NCBI GenBank assembly: GCA_010093815.1
Contig: ML996571.1
Length of the DNA stretch: 64,000 bases
Source of the DNA: Pseudovirgaria hyperparasitica
Lineage: Eukaryota
Reading direction: 5' to 3' (one strand)
The notes below the pieces were generated by a model, which searched no databases, was not told where the DNA came from, and saw only the letters and a program-made list of their open reading frames with translations. The translations under genes were made by a program, and so were the position numbers. This document shows, in pieces, positions 26,134 through 38,028 of the stretch (position 1 is its first letter; each line of letters starts with the position of its first letter).

Positions 26134-26625
26134 GGCATACTATAATGTATAAAAGACATTGTGGTTTTCTCTGAGGCCTTTGTGCTTTGAGCATTATTCA
26201 CGGTGTAAGATCTATGATACGAAAATCAGCAGCAACAGGAGCATGAAGGGGTACGAGCAACTTAGACGATGTATATGTGGTTGAGACATGGAACATTATA
26301 CCTGGGATATGTACAAATTCGTCGCTGGGTGGGTATTTGTTTTGCTCCAATGAGCATCTTCATGACGATATGGCACGGCACCTAGGCGCATTTCACAGTT
26401 TCCCGACTCGGGATACTTTTGTATTGTATCATCTTCCTGTCTACCCATCGTGAACCGTGTGGCGGTCCCGACGGGAGCGTAATGTAATTTGGAAAGAATA
26501 AAGATATTCAAATCACACCGCGCGGACTCTGTAGCCGCAGTGTTATCATGATGCTTTTACACTACGCTTCTTTTGCCTGTCTCTATCACTGACACACTCT
26601 CCTCTCTTCTGCCAAACAAATTGAT

Positions 26626-28143
26626 CTACATCTTCTCCTCACTCCCCGACTTCTCTTCGATCCTCTTCAGTCCCATCTCCGCATTCTTCACACCCTCTTC
26701 AAATCCCAATCCTACACTCCTCCCCTTCGCCTCCTCATACAGCTTCCTCGCCACATCAAATTCCCCACCCGCCTCCGCAAATTCACCTAGCGCATGTGTC
26801 GCTGCAGCGCAACCCAGATCGCATTCTTGTGTGCGTCCCTCCGTGATACTGGTGGACAGCGCGAGGGCTTTGCGCGCCCAGGCGCTGGCTTGTGTGCGGA
26901 GCACTTCTTTACTTGGATGTGGAGTAGTGGGGAAGGAGTCTTGTGATGGGGGTAGGGAGGAGGTAGAGGCGGGTTGTTTGAAAGAGGTGGCAGGTAGAGG
27001 TTTGGCTGTGGTTAGTGAAGGCGGTGGAGTTGTTTGGAAGATGCAATTTGCGAGGTTGGACACTGGAGGGATGGGATTAGTGGGTTGGGAAGAATGAAGG
27101 AGGAGGTCGTGGAGAAGAACATACTGATTACGACGGAATGGCAGGATTTCGGAGGGGAGACTGTGAGCGCTTGGAGGAGGAGAGGGGTTGCCAGGTAGTG
27201 CAGCATTTTGGACTCGTAGTGGAGCGCGAGGGCTAGTTGAAATATTAGTTTGGTTTGGGGTTTGAAGAGAATGGAGAGGAGGCAATGCTCACATTCGCAC
27301 GACGCGCCGTATTGCTCGTCTGTGAACCAATCTCCCTCGCCTTCTTTCACGCCGTCCTTCTGACGTCGTATGCGCTCCTTCATCGTAGTCTCGACACCCC
27401 AGAGCAGATGCCGCTCAGCAGCCTCGATGTCTAGTACCGAGTCCGATGCATACATCTCTCCAAGCTTCATGCTGATTGACACGCTTTTCATGAGCAACCG
27501 CGTCCTCTCGCCATCTTCATAATGCTCCTCGCCCTTGTCCTTCAAGTAATTCGTACAGTCCTTCAGAACCAACTCATACACCCCGATACACCGATCAACA
27601 AGCCCACACTGCTTCAACAGCTCCGCCACCGAAAGCTTGGTCCCTGTAATCTCGTCGCTCACCGGGTTCATGCCGAGCGCTTGTGCCTTCATTAGCGCGG
27701 CCTTGTAGTACTGCATTGCCTTCTCGGGATCCCAGCTCTGGGTATGGAAGTATATCGCCTTGCGTAGCTCCGCCGCGACCTCATCGGGGAACTTGTGATA
27801 TGGCCAGAAGTATGCTTTGAGTGCCATGTAAGGAAATATCGCTATGCCTATAGCAATGACACCGAGTCTGGGAAATGGTCAATGGCATGCATAGGCAATG
27901 AGTAGGGTGAGCATACAAGACGATGGCTACACTCATTTGACCAGGGGTCCTTTGGTATTGCGCTTTGAGGATTGCGAGCGTGCCTCGGTGCCGCTGTTGG
28001 TGCATTTGGATTCGAGTTATACGTGGGACGCATGATGGTGCTTTTGGTCGCTTTGCACAACTGGTAATTGGTCGTGTATTGGGGATTCCGAAACTGAATG
28101 TGGATGTTCGGGCAAGCGCCCTCGCCATATGCCTCGATAACAT
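26626..28143 (-). CDS. Mitochondrial TPR-like membrane protein (Mgr3-like)
   Basis: Arg-rich presequence MLSRHMARALAR, hydrophobic segment, YHKFPDEVAAELRKAIY motif, helical TPR-like repeats; three introns splice in phase. Confidence 0.7.
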
Positions 28144-28367
28144 TGTTGACTACGAGGTACCGTAACGTCATCGAAGCTGCTCAAAGTTGATGATGAACTT
28201 CTTCTCTGCTGATTCAGCGTGCGGCGCTGCTCCGTATCCGCCGCCCAAGTTGTCCAGTACAAGTGTACAACGTATTGATAGATCTCCATTGTCACAACTT
28301 CTGCGGTCATAGATGTTGTTCGTCCGTAGAGGATCTCTGCTCGATTGAATCCCGTATACTAAACATC

Positions 28368-29904
28368 ATGTGTGGTCGTTATGCTTTCTTCCTTGTAAGT
28401 GTTTTTCTTTGCTTCTCCCTTCTCGAGCTTCGTCGCGCTGTCATGACGTAATGTACGCAGTGCTCTACATCGATCGACAATTAGCAAGAAGCAATTCATT
28501 TCAGCTCAGCTCATATTGGATGGTTTGAGTAGTAATATGCTGACGCTGAAATCTGCAAGCGGCCCTCTGAGGTTCGAGATCAATTGGAAAATGCGCAAAT
28601 GCCTTCCCAGGAGACTCCTGCAGACGACGAAGTAAGGCAAACGTACAACTTCGCTCCTGGGTACTTTGGACTGGTATATCGTGCAGATGTGCCATACACT
28701 GGCGCTGAGTCACAGAACCACAGCAGCAGCAAGCATGATGGAGGCGACAGCGACGGTGACAACATTAAAGTTGAGAATATAGAGGACAACGAGTCCCAGG
28801 ATGTTTCAGAAGCGACCTACAAGCTTCAAGCTATGAAATGGGGTGCGTATCTTGTATCTAGCATTGCTAAAATAGTGAACTGACATTCGATAGGACTTGT
28901 TCCGTTCTTTACCAAGCGAAATCCGGACTATGGGTCTGTGATGAAGACTATCAATTGTAGGGACGATTCGCTGCTAGACAATCGAGGTATCTGGACTGTA
29001 CCTAAGATGAGAAAACGATGTGTCGTGGTATTCTCGGGCTTCTATGAATGGCTCAAGAAGGATGGCGGTAAGCACAAAGTACCGCATTTCATCAAGCGTA
29101 AAGATGGTCAGCTCATGTGTGTTGCTGGGCTATGGGACTGTGTCCAGTATGAAGGTGAGCGTATATATGGTGGCCGCGTGGAAATTTACTGACTCTGACA
29201 CAGGGTCTGACGAAAAGCATTACACATACACCATCATCACAACTGACAGTAATAAGCAATTGAACTTTCTTCATGATCGGATGCCCGTGGTCTTCGATAA
29301 CGGATCAGATGATCTGTTCAAATGGCTGGATCCAAAGCAGACAACATGGACGAAAGACCTGCAATCTCTCTTGAAGCCATACAATGGAGAACTTGAATGT
29401 TACCCGGTCAGCCAAGAGGTCGGCAAAGTTGGCAATAACTCTTCAAAGTTCATTGTTCCTGTCGACAGTGCTGAAAACAAGAGCAATATTGCAAACTTCT
29501 TCGACAACCAGAAGAAGCTTGCACAACTTCCATCAAGCACCTCAAACTCCAAAGTGAAGAAAGATTCAGACGAGCCACGCGGGACCGTTGAGGACACAAC
29601 AAGTACAGAAGACAATGCGCCTCTACCTGTTCCTCAAGACAATGCTGGAACGGCAAATTCAAAGCGTACCCACGAAGAAGCCGAAATCGACGTAAATACA
29701 GGGGAGCCCAAACAAAAGTCCCTGAGGCTATCAGACCAACATTCTCTCAAGAGCAGATCACCAGCAAAATCTTCTCTGAAAGGAGATCACAAAACCAGAA
29801 GCTCGACGACAAATCAGAAAGAGTCACCAGCCACAGCAAAGAACCACAAAGCGAAGCCAGGTACTACTGGTAGTAAGAAGATCACAAGCTTCTTCGGAAA
29901 GTGA
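28368..29904 (+). CDS. SRAP-domain abasic-site processing protein (HMCES/YedK family)
   Basis: N-terminal MCGRY on a 27-nt first exon, YNFAPG, MKWGL, INCRDD, GFYEW, LHDRMPV; introns start at 28395, about 28843 and about 29155; C-terminus KITSFFGK. Confidence 0.93.
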
Positions 29905-30547
29905 TGTGCGGAGTGGAGGACTCTGCATGATACACACCTTCACAGGTCCCAGCCACAAAAGCCCCACGTTCTCGCTTTCGCATATCATACAAATCCACGT
30001 TGGCCAAATTGTCCTGAGTATGCGAGCCTTTTAGACTATTACGGTCCCAGGTGCACCTTTTGACATTGGCAGGATTGCATACCTGAAGCTTATTCCCCAG
30101 AATACCGGGGGTGCCTTTATAGGCGAGAAAACTATGTACAGACCGGAGATGGTTAGCCCAATATCCGGGCATACTTGACTCTCATGTTCAATGACATAGA
30201 GGGCAAGGATCCTGAGACTGCTAACATGCATGTATAGGGAGTGAGAATTATCGGCTAGTTATTAATATATGTGCCATGAGGCTTGTTGGGGGCCAATTCT
30301 AGTCTTAGCTAGCGTCGATTCATAGATCTTCTCGCCCACTCAACATTCCGTTACTTGCACCTGCACACAATCGCTTTATTGGAACCTGACTCTCTGCTAT
30401 ATATCTCCTCCGGAATATTGGCCCAAATGTCTTCGCATTGTGGGCTAAGAAAATGAGAATCATATCGCAGATCCGCAGAAGAGGATAGACCACACTTTAT
30501 TTGCTGCGAGCAAGCGCAGAAACAGGAGATTGACGTGATGTTCGAGA

Positions 30548-33500
30548 ATGGCGACCTCGTTCTTAGATCTGCTCACGCAGAACCAGCCGAGTCTTCAGAC
30601 ACGACAGGCCTTACTGGTCCTTGGCCTCCAAAATGACTTCATCTCACCGAGCGGGAGACTACCTGTTGACACCAGCTCCGGATTTGTTCAGCGAATCCAA
30701 GAAATGGTTCCAATATTCCGAGAGAATGCTGGCGACATTGTCTGGATATCGACATGCTACCACGAAGATCGTATTGTGAACGATCCTGTGGGTGAAGGCG
30801 ATGTCATCCTCTTAGACATGCTGGACTCTGCTGGAGAGGAGTCAGACGACAGTGCCGATGAGGTCAAGGACGCCTCTGCTGCTGCATCCAAAGCACGTGC
30901 TTCTCGACACAAGAGCCGTGCCTTAGATTTGCTCAAGAAGATGTCATCACGCAGGCACTCTATACGAGAACCGTCTTCGGTGCCAGTAGAGGAAGACGAG
31001 ACATTCTTGTCAAACACTTCTGCTCACCCGGCGTGTTGCATACCTAACACTGATGGGGCAAAATTTAATCCGGAAGTCGAGGCCTGTATTGATTCTTCTG
31101 CAGATCTCACCGTTGTGGCCACGAACTACTCCGCGTTCAATTCAACTGCTCTCTTGATCAATCTTCGTGCCAAGCTTATCACAGAGCTCTACATATGCGG
31201 CTGTATTACGAATATCTCTGTTTACGCCACCGCACTGGATGCTGCCCGGCACGGTATTGCTATAAATATAGTCCATGACTGTCTTGGTTATAGGAAGGTC
31301 TTGCGTCACGAGGAAGCATTAAAGCAAATGACAGAAGTCATGGGAGCCAATCTCATATCAAGTGAAGAGATCACCACAGTTTTGACAGCTCCAATCGAAA
31401 TCGAGAGTTCGAGAAGCAAGAAAAAGAAGACCCAAAAATCGAAAGAAGATACAGATCTAAACGAACTTGTAGGAAATATGAGCCTCAATCAACACCCTTT
31501 CTCGCCACCAGAAAACAGTTTTCGGAAGAAGGCATCACTGGCTGCTTTGAGACAAGCTGCTACTAGACTTGCAACAGCGTCAAGCAAGCAAGAGCCTATG
31601 CCAAACGCTAGTGCCAACGCTGCGAATACGACAGTAGCTGCTCATTCTCATGAGAGGGCTAAGAGCTCGAGCACTAATCTTTCGACACCCTCAGGTGGAG
31701 GGGATGAGCCGCCATCAGGCATGACGAAGTCAAAAATCCGTATGCGGTCGAGGAAGAAGCCACTCGATGAGAAGAAGGACACTATGACTGACCCAGCCGC
31801 TAGTAGTGATCTGAGAGTTGGTAAAGAATCTTCCAGGCCAAGACCAAGTTCAGCCGTTGAGTCATCCAGCAAAAAGGCAAGCACCAGCATAACTTCACCG
31901 GAAAAGGAGAAAGAAACGTTGAGTCAGAAAGCTTCCAGAGTGTTCCCGTCTCTGAAACTTGCCAAGTCCCAAGTACAACTAGCAACTGAATCCAAGACAG
32001 CAAGATCGCCAGTCACACCAACTCGCCCAAAATCATTTGCACTTGCACAGGGATCACAGTCTGTGAAAGAAGAACAAGACAAAGCGCGTCCGCATAGTCT
32101 ATCAGCTATGACTAGCACCAAGAAACCTCAGTCTTTAGCAACGTTCCCAACCCTCGGACCAAACGATCGCATTGGTGAGGGAGACTCGTGCATCATTTAT
32201 CACTTCTTTCCTGAAAATTTCAAACGTACTGCTCGATCTGAGGTTGCTATTTCTGATGAAATATTCTCGCTACTGCATAATGAAGTCAAATGGCAGAAGA
32301 TGTTTCATGCCCAAGGCGAAGTGCCGAGGCTTGTATGTGCACAAGGAGATTTTGGGAAAGACGGAAGTATGCCCATCTATCGACATCCATCCGATACGGC
32401 ATTGCCTCTACTGCACTTTTCGCCGTCCGTGCAGTTGATAAAAGAGCAGGTTCAAAAGATCGTAAAGCATCCAGTTAATCACGTGTTGATCCAGTTGTAC
32501 CGTTCAGGGACCGACTGCATCTCCGAACACTCGGACAAAACGTTGGACATTGTCCGAGGCTCGAGCATAGTCAACGTCAGTTTTGGAGCGCAACGAACGA
32601 TGCGTCTCAGGACGAAAAGATCAGCCAAATTGGACAAAAGTACTGTTGAAGCTGCGAGGACTACGCAACGAATTCCTATGCCTCACAACTCGATGTTTGT
32701 TCTTGGGGAAGAGTCAAACCAACGCTGGCTGCATGGCATACTACCAGACAAGCGCTTGGATGAGGAGCGTAGTGCCGCAGAAAAGGCATATTGTGGGATG
32801 CGTATATCATTGACATTCAGACACATTGGCACATTCATAGATGGAAGATCGAGCGTCATTTGGGGACAGGGAGCTACTACGAAGATTCGCGAAGAAGCTA
32901 TCGAAGTTATCAACAACGACGACAAGAAAACACAAGAGATCATCCGGGCATTTGGCACGGAGAATCAGAGTACGAATTTTGACTGGAAAGCAGTATATGG
33001 AGGAGGGTTCGACGTGCTACACTTCCGAAAACCACCACGCGACGAACCAATATTTTTCACGTCACACAATTCCATTGCGAACTCTCAGGTCGCAGTATGT
33101 CTATCTGAGCTCGATATAGCGCACACAACTTACAGCCCTCCACCACCATTCGACAAAGCCTCGACAACGACTGTACAAATTGGGTATCGTGACTCGGATA
33201 CGCGTCATGCAGAGATATTTGGTGCGGTTCCCATCTTACTATACCTGGACCGCTACCACCAGTTTGACCGCAGCGAGCAAGGCAAGCCAGCCACAGCACT
33301 AGCCTATCAAGTCTTGTTCAAGGTCGAAAGCTTACACCAAAGATGGACGAATTTGAAAGACAAAGAAGAAACACCTGACAGTATCCTTGAGATGCTGGAT
33401 GAGCTTGATGATATCAATGACATGCATGGTCAAGACTACATTGCCGGCAACCGTCTGAGTATTGCAGATTGCGCAATGTGGCCGATGCTAGATACAATAA

Positions 33501-33622
33501 TAGAAAACTGGGATAGTTGGAGCACGGAGAAGTTTCCTAGACTTTCGGCGTATTATACGAGGATTTGGACACGAAAGAAGAGCTTCGGGAAGCTGCGTAA
33601 AACCCTCCCAAGACATGCTTGA
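30548..33622 (+). CDS. Isochorismatase-like + AlkB-type 2OG-Fe(II) dioxygenase + GST-C-terminal-like fusion protein
   Basis: N-terminal ALLVLGLQNDF...YSAF...GCITNISVYATALDA; central EHSDK (HxD), WLHGI, RISLTFR; C-terminal YIAGNRLSIADCAMWP...FPRLSAYY. Confidence 0.88.
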   Translation: MATSFLDLLTQNQPSLQTRQALLVLGLQNDFISPSGRLPVDTSSGFVQRIQEMVPIFRENAGDIVWISTCYHEDRIVNDPVGEGDVILLDMLDSAGEESDDSADEVKDASAAASKARASRHKSRALDLLKKMSSRRHSIREPSSVPVEEDETFLSNTSAHPACCIPNTDGAKFNPEVEACIDSSADLTVVATNYSAFNSTALLINLRAKLITELYICGCITNISVYATALDAARHGIAINIVHDCLGYRKVLRHEEALKQMTEVMGANLISSEEITTVLTAPIEIESSRSKKKKTQKSKEDTDLNELVGNMSLNQHPFSPPENSFRKKASLAALRQAATRLATASSKQEPMPNASANAANTTVAAHSHERAKSSSTNLSTPSGGGDEPPSGMTKSKIRMRSRKKPLDEKKDTMTDPAASSDLRVGKESSRPRPSSAVESSSKKASTSITSPEKEKETLSQKASRVFPSLKLAKSQVQLATESKTARSPVTPTRPKSFALAQGSQSVKEEQDKARPHSLSAMTSTKKPQSLATFPTLGPNDRIGEGDSCIIYHFFPENFKRTARSEVAISDEIFSLLHNEVKWQKMFHAQGEVPRLVCAQGDFGKDGSMPIYRHPSDTALPLLHFSPSVQLIKEQVQKIVKHPVNHVLIQLYRSGTDCISEHSDKTLDIVRGSSIVNVSFGAQRTMRLRTKRSAKLDKSTVEAARTTQRIPMPHNSMFVLGEESNQRWLHGILPDKRLDEERSAAEKAYCGMRISLTFRHIGTFIDGRSSVIWGQGATTKIREEAIEVINNDDKKTQEIIRAFGTENQSTNFDWKAVYGGGFDVLHFRKPPRDEPIFFTSHNSIANSQVAVCLSELDIAHTTYSPPPPFDKASTTTVQIGYRDSDTRHAEIFGAVPILLYLDRYHQFDRSEQGKPATALAYQVLFKVESLHQRWTNLKDKEETPDSILEMLDELDDINDMHGQDYIAGNRLSIADCAMWPMLDTIIENWDSWSTEKFPRLSAYYTRIWTRKKSFGKLRKTLPRHA

Positions 33623-34084
33623 TACTATATGATTCCAGGACTATTGAGGTTGGTGTAATGAGAAACATAAGGGTCTCTCATCTTATTCATATCTTGTCTA
33701 AACACATGTACGTGTTAGATAGCTAGAATGGCTATCTCCCATGATTTGTTATTCTTCAATGTTAAAAGAGTGCAAATTGATCAGCACAGCAACTGACAAT
33801 GACTACGGCATATGAGCCCTGGCAGACCTACCCGAACCCGAGTCTGTTCTGCACAACCAGTGAAAGCTTGGACTTTCCTACACCCTAGGTCGTGATAACC
33901 ACAAACTGCTCCAAAGTGAACCCGCAGCCTCGAACATCCTCAGCCGTCCCTCCCTGATCAGCTTGCACTCGCAAACACAAACACACCACACAACACCCTG
34001 ACACCATACATTCACTCCACTCACATCATCCCGTTCACAACTCAACACCTACCATTCGCAAAATCGTACAAGCTTAACTTCACG

Positions 34085-35316
34085 ATGCCGTCGCCCACCA
34101 CAACAAACCCACCGATCGCTATTACTCCTAAACCCAGTCCATCAAATAACACCCACCACCTACGACGCAAACGCTCAAACTCAGACACCCATCTCACGTA
34201 CATCCGCTCGCAATCCGCCCACCGCAGCGCACTCTTTCACTCCGCCGCCACCGCAATGAGCACAGCATCATCATCCACCTCCGACCCACTGACCTCCCTC
34301 CTTGCCAAACACACCTCGCTCCGCACCTACGCCGACACGCTCATTTCGCGCACACATACAGATCCACGCCTGCATCCAATGCAGCGCCGCGACGACGGCT
34401 ACACACACTACGACCGGCTGGCACGCGGGCACAAGCACAAGCACGAGCACGACGAGATTGACGCAACGGCGCGGTGGCGGTTCCGGTGGTATCTTGCGAG
34501 CGGAGAGCGAGGGGAGAACGCGGAAGAGAGCGAGTTGATGGTGTTTGAGGAGCTGCGGGCGTGTGCTGCGGAGACGGCGTGTATTGTGGCGAAGACGAAG
34601 AGGATGGGATTGAAAGGATGGCTTGGGGGCCGGGAATGGGCGTGGGGCGTAGCGGCATTGGCAGTGGGGTATGAGGTGAGTAAGTGTGTGCGAGACAGGA
34701 GGGAAAGGAGAGAGAAGAGCGTGCTGATGATGGTGATGGAGGGCAGGTCCATGATGCTACGCTGTTGCGGTTGAAGGCGCTATTACAATATGGGTTGAGG
34801 AGGTTGGATGAGAGTCCAGGGGCGGAGGGGGCTGTGACAGGCGTGGTGAAGGCTGCGGTAAGGGTCTGGGCAATGCTGGAGCATGATCTGAAGAATGTGC
34901 GGCTGATGTATCTTGTTGATGTGGTGAATGCTTGGAAGGAGAAAATGGCAGTGAGTCGAGCTTATGTGCACTTGCTTCTTTCAGCTGACTCGAGGTCTCA
35001 GGAGGCTCCAGAAGGTCCAAAGCGGAAGAATGTGGACAAAGACGGCTTTCCCTTTCCGTTGGTGTTGGCAGTGCCGCGTACCAGACGCCGCCAGACAGTG
35101 ACGGCTGAGACACCGTTGCCAGACCCATTCCAAGACAACAGTGATAACGAGGAGAGCGGCGATATGCCCTCATCGCCTTTAATATCGGAAAGTGATCGGC
35201 CTGTGGAACATTCCGACGACGAACAGGATGAGGGCTTTGGAAAAGGCATGGAGATTGGGTATGCATTAAAACGAATGAGCTTGAAACCGACTGTGGAAAG
35301 GAGAACGACATCTTGA
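34085..35316 (+). CDS. Hypothetical protein, 3 exons
   Basis: Two ORFs join in phase via intron 34676-34746 (GTGAGT...GCTGAT...CAG); a second likely intron at 34951-35001. Confidence 0.55.
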
Positions 35317-35454
35317 GCAGGCAAAAGCCAGTGTGAAAGGAATCACAAGCACATTGAGACAGGCCCAGAGGTTGTTTTCGGGCTTCCAGGATGAAATGCA
35401 TCATCCTTCCTTTTCAGAGATATATGCCATCAAGTAGCCTAGCTTTCTGAAAAT

Positions 35455-36237
35455 TCATCCGCTCCCTAGAATACTTCTTGACGACTCGCCACCATGCGTT
35501 GCCGCTGTGTTTGGCCTGCTCGGGTCGATGATACTCTCATTTGGCGTCCTCAATGCCTCTGCATAATCCGGAGGCCTCGCCACTGTCCGACCTTCCCCAG
35601 TGAGGGTCCGTAAAGGCATAGCAAAACTATTCCCCTCACTGCCTGGCGGAATTTCTACCTTGGGCACGTACGGAGGTGGTGCTTCTCCATGCTCATTCAG
35701 CCCGTCTTCTCTGCTCGTCCTGCCTGCATTTCCAGTTCGCATCGCCCTCGTGCCATTGATCCAGCGCCGCGAATTCGACCAGCCATTAAGATCCCTCGCG
35801 AGAACGCTCGTGCTCGTGTTGCGATTCTCCAGCTTCTGCCGTCTCCTCCTCTTTGTCAGAATATAAACACCAACGGCTACAATTATGGCCAGAAGGACGA
35901 GGAAGACGAAATAGTAGTTGAGTATACTCTGGTGCTGCTTGTCCACAGGATCCTCGTTGTACGAGCCCGTGCTACCAATTGCGTTTGGCTGTGCGGATGG
36001 AGAGGGTCGCGGTGTCTGCACGATTTCGCTCAGCGTGGAGCTAGCTGTCGTTGTGGATAGTGTAGAGCTAGTGAAGGAGATACTTGATCGGGGAGTCGTG
36101 GCAACGGTATTTGAGGAGATGAGTTGGGCGTAGGAGGAGCGTGGTAATATCATCGAGAGGAAGAGCATTGGGGTGCTCAGCGCGGCGAGCGATGAACTTT
36201 GATATATGCATCTACAAGAATGCGTTGAGAGAGCCAT
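35455..36237 (-). CDS. Single-pass membrane protein with Ser/Thr-rich ectodomain and cytosolic PY motifs
   Basis: Signal-like segment, S/T-rich stretch, TM helix YYFVFLVLLAIIVAVGVYIL followed by KRRRR, then PPPY and PPDY motifs; start codon uncertain. Confidence 0.7.
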   Translation of the reverse strand: MALSTHSCRCIYQSSSLAALSTPMLFLSMILPRSSYAQLISSNTVATTPRSSISFTSSTLSTTTASSTLSEIVQTPRPSPSAQPNAIGSTGSYNEDPVDKQHQSILNYYFVFLVLLAIIVAVGVYILTKRRRRQKLENRNTSTSVLARDLNGWSNSRRWINGTRAMRTGNAGRTSREDGLNEHGEAPPPYVPKVEIPPGSEGNSFAMPLRTLTGEGRTVARPPDYAEALRTPNESIIDPSRPNTAATHGGESSRSILGSG

Positions 36238-37077
36238 ATTGGATGCGATCCGGAGTCGTCCGAAGGTCGTCCGGTAGGACGTGTCGTACCTAGTATAGAT
36301 AGAGACCTGGTACAAGCAGAGATGCAGATGGAGCTCGGAAGTCGCGGACTGGATGATAAGGAAGGTGGAGAAGACGTGCAAAAGCTAAGAGGAGACTGAA
36401 GTTTGTTACATGTTTAGTGAGACTTCCACGTCTTCTGGTTTTAAGGAAGGATATGCAACGCCGGCGGGTGAAGCTTATTGCAGTGGCATGTTTATTTATA
36501 ATCGTAGACAAGATACTCGAACGACCACGAAACCAGACAAGCTCAAGCCTATCGGTCATAATTAGTGGGTGACAAAGCTCTGTGAACACGTCTGATTGGT
36601 GAGTTCCCCACCAGATGAACATCCAATCATGCCTCATCATCTTATATTACATACAAAATAAGGATATGTCTAGCCATTTTCAGGACTTGATAATTATATA
36701 CCAGTATGTCCATAGATTGTCGTTTTGTATATTGTTGGGATCTATTATGACGTGCAGTAATAGTATCCTGACACTCTGGGAGTGATTATCTTGTTTTCTG
36801 TGGGGTGATTGCTCTGCGCTGGGAGGTGGTCCATGCTCGAGGATGCCGGAACTGTCGGAGTATCGATCAAGTACCTTGATGTCTGAATATTCCAACGTCA
36901 ACCCATTTCAATCCATCTACAGATACACACTCTGTCTAATATCTTGACCTATCTGACCGATATTTTTACACAATATTTCGAATATTCGCACCTGTCCCAA
37001 CGACGTCATTACTGCGACTCGGCAAGGCAATTCAATCACCGCGGACTCTGAATAAGCATTGCTATCTTGTTCACAAC

Positions 37078-37398
37078 ATGGTTCGCGCTACAAAAGGTTC
37101 GGGATATCGAGGCACAATATCGGCTCTTGACTGACCTTTCCAGGTGTTCTCGTACAATGCGATGCCTCGATCAAAGCAATCATTCTCAAAATTGACGCGG
37201 GGAACAGCGATTTCATCATCGAGGAGCTGGATGACGAGACCCTCTTGGTCAAGGAAAACAAACTCAAAGAACTCCAAATGTTGCTTAAGAAGGTAAGCTT
37301 TGGTTCCTTGAGTGCACAGCGTGATCACACTAGTAACGGCCTCAAAATAGCAACTAGACGACACGCTCAAATATCCCGAAGAATCTGATTCAGATTAA
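37078..37398 (+). CDS. TFB5: TFIIH subunit Tfb5/p8 (3 exons; not in ORF track)
   Basis: Exons 37078-37096, 37144-37292, 37351-37398 give MVRATKGVLVQCDASIKAIILKIDAGNSDFIIEELDDETLLVKENKLKELQMLLKKQLDDTLKYPEESDSD. Confidence 0.93.
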
Positions 37399-37571
37399 TC
37401 ACAACATGCGCCAGGACCATATCAGGCCTGTTCTAGTCTTCAGGGGCAGATATTTCACACCTTTCCAGGACTATCGCTCACAGAATGAGATTCATGCATC
37501 ATTATTCGGTCGAATGCTCGAAGTTCTGCTACCTGACAACTATATACATATCGTCCTCAGCCGAACATCAC

Positions 37572-38028
37572 TCAAGGCATGCCCTCCTTCTGCTCAGCAC
37601 CCTCAATCGGAGGCAGCCATTCAACACGGTGCTTCGTGTAAAGCTCCACAGCCGGCTTATAGTTGTTCAATCCATTAGGGTCGTCGAGGGTGCCGATTTT
37701 GAGGACTTTAGCGTCGCCAAAGGTAGCGGTTTCTCTCCAGAGCGTGGTTCCACAGTCGCCGCAGAGGTAATTTTTCGGAGATGCACCGCTGTCAGCAGTT
37801 ACGGTTTTCGTCTTTGGCGTACCAGAGATAAGCTTGAAGCCTTCGCCAGGCACGATGATGTTGGTGCTGTAGGTGGACCCAGACATCTTCCGGCAATCAA
37901 GACAATGGCACAAAGCCTGTTTGATGTTAGCACAGTCATTCAGTCACATCAATACAACATGCCTTAGCGATTGGGTCGCCCTCATACGAGTACTTGATGT
38001 TCTGGCAAAAGCAAGATCCGGTCGGCAT
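37572..38028 (-). CDS. GFA / Mss4-like zinc protein (glutathione-dependent formaldehyde-activating enzyme family)
   Basis: MPTGSCFC...ALCHCLDCRK...CGDCGTTL; one GC-AG intron 37962-37917. Confidence 0.9.
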
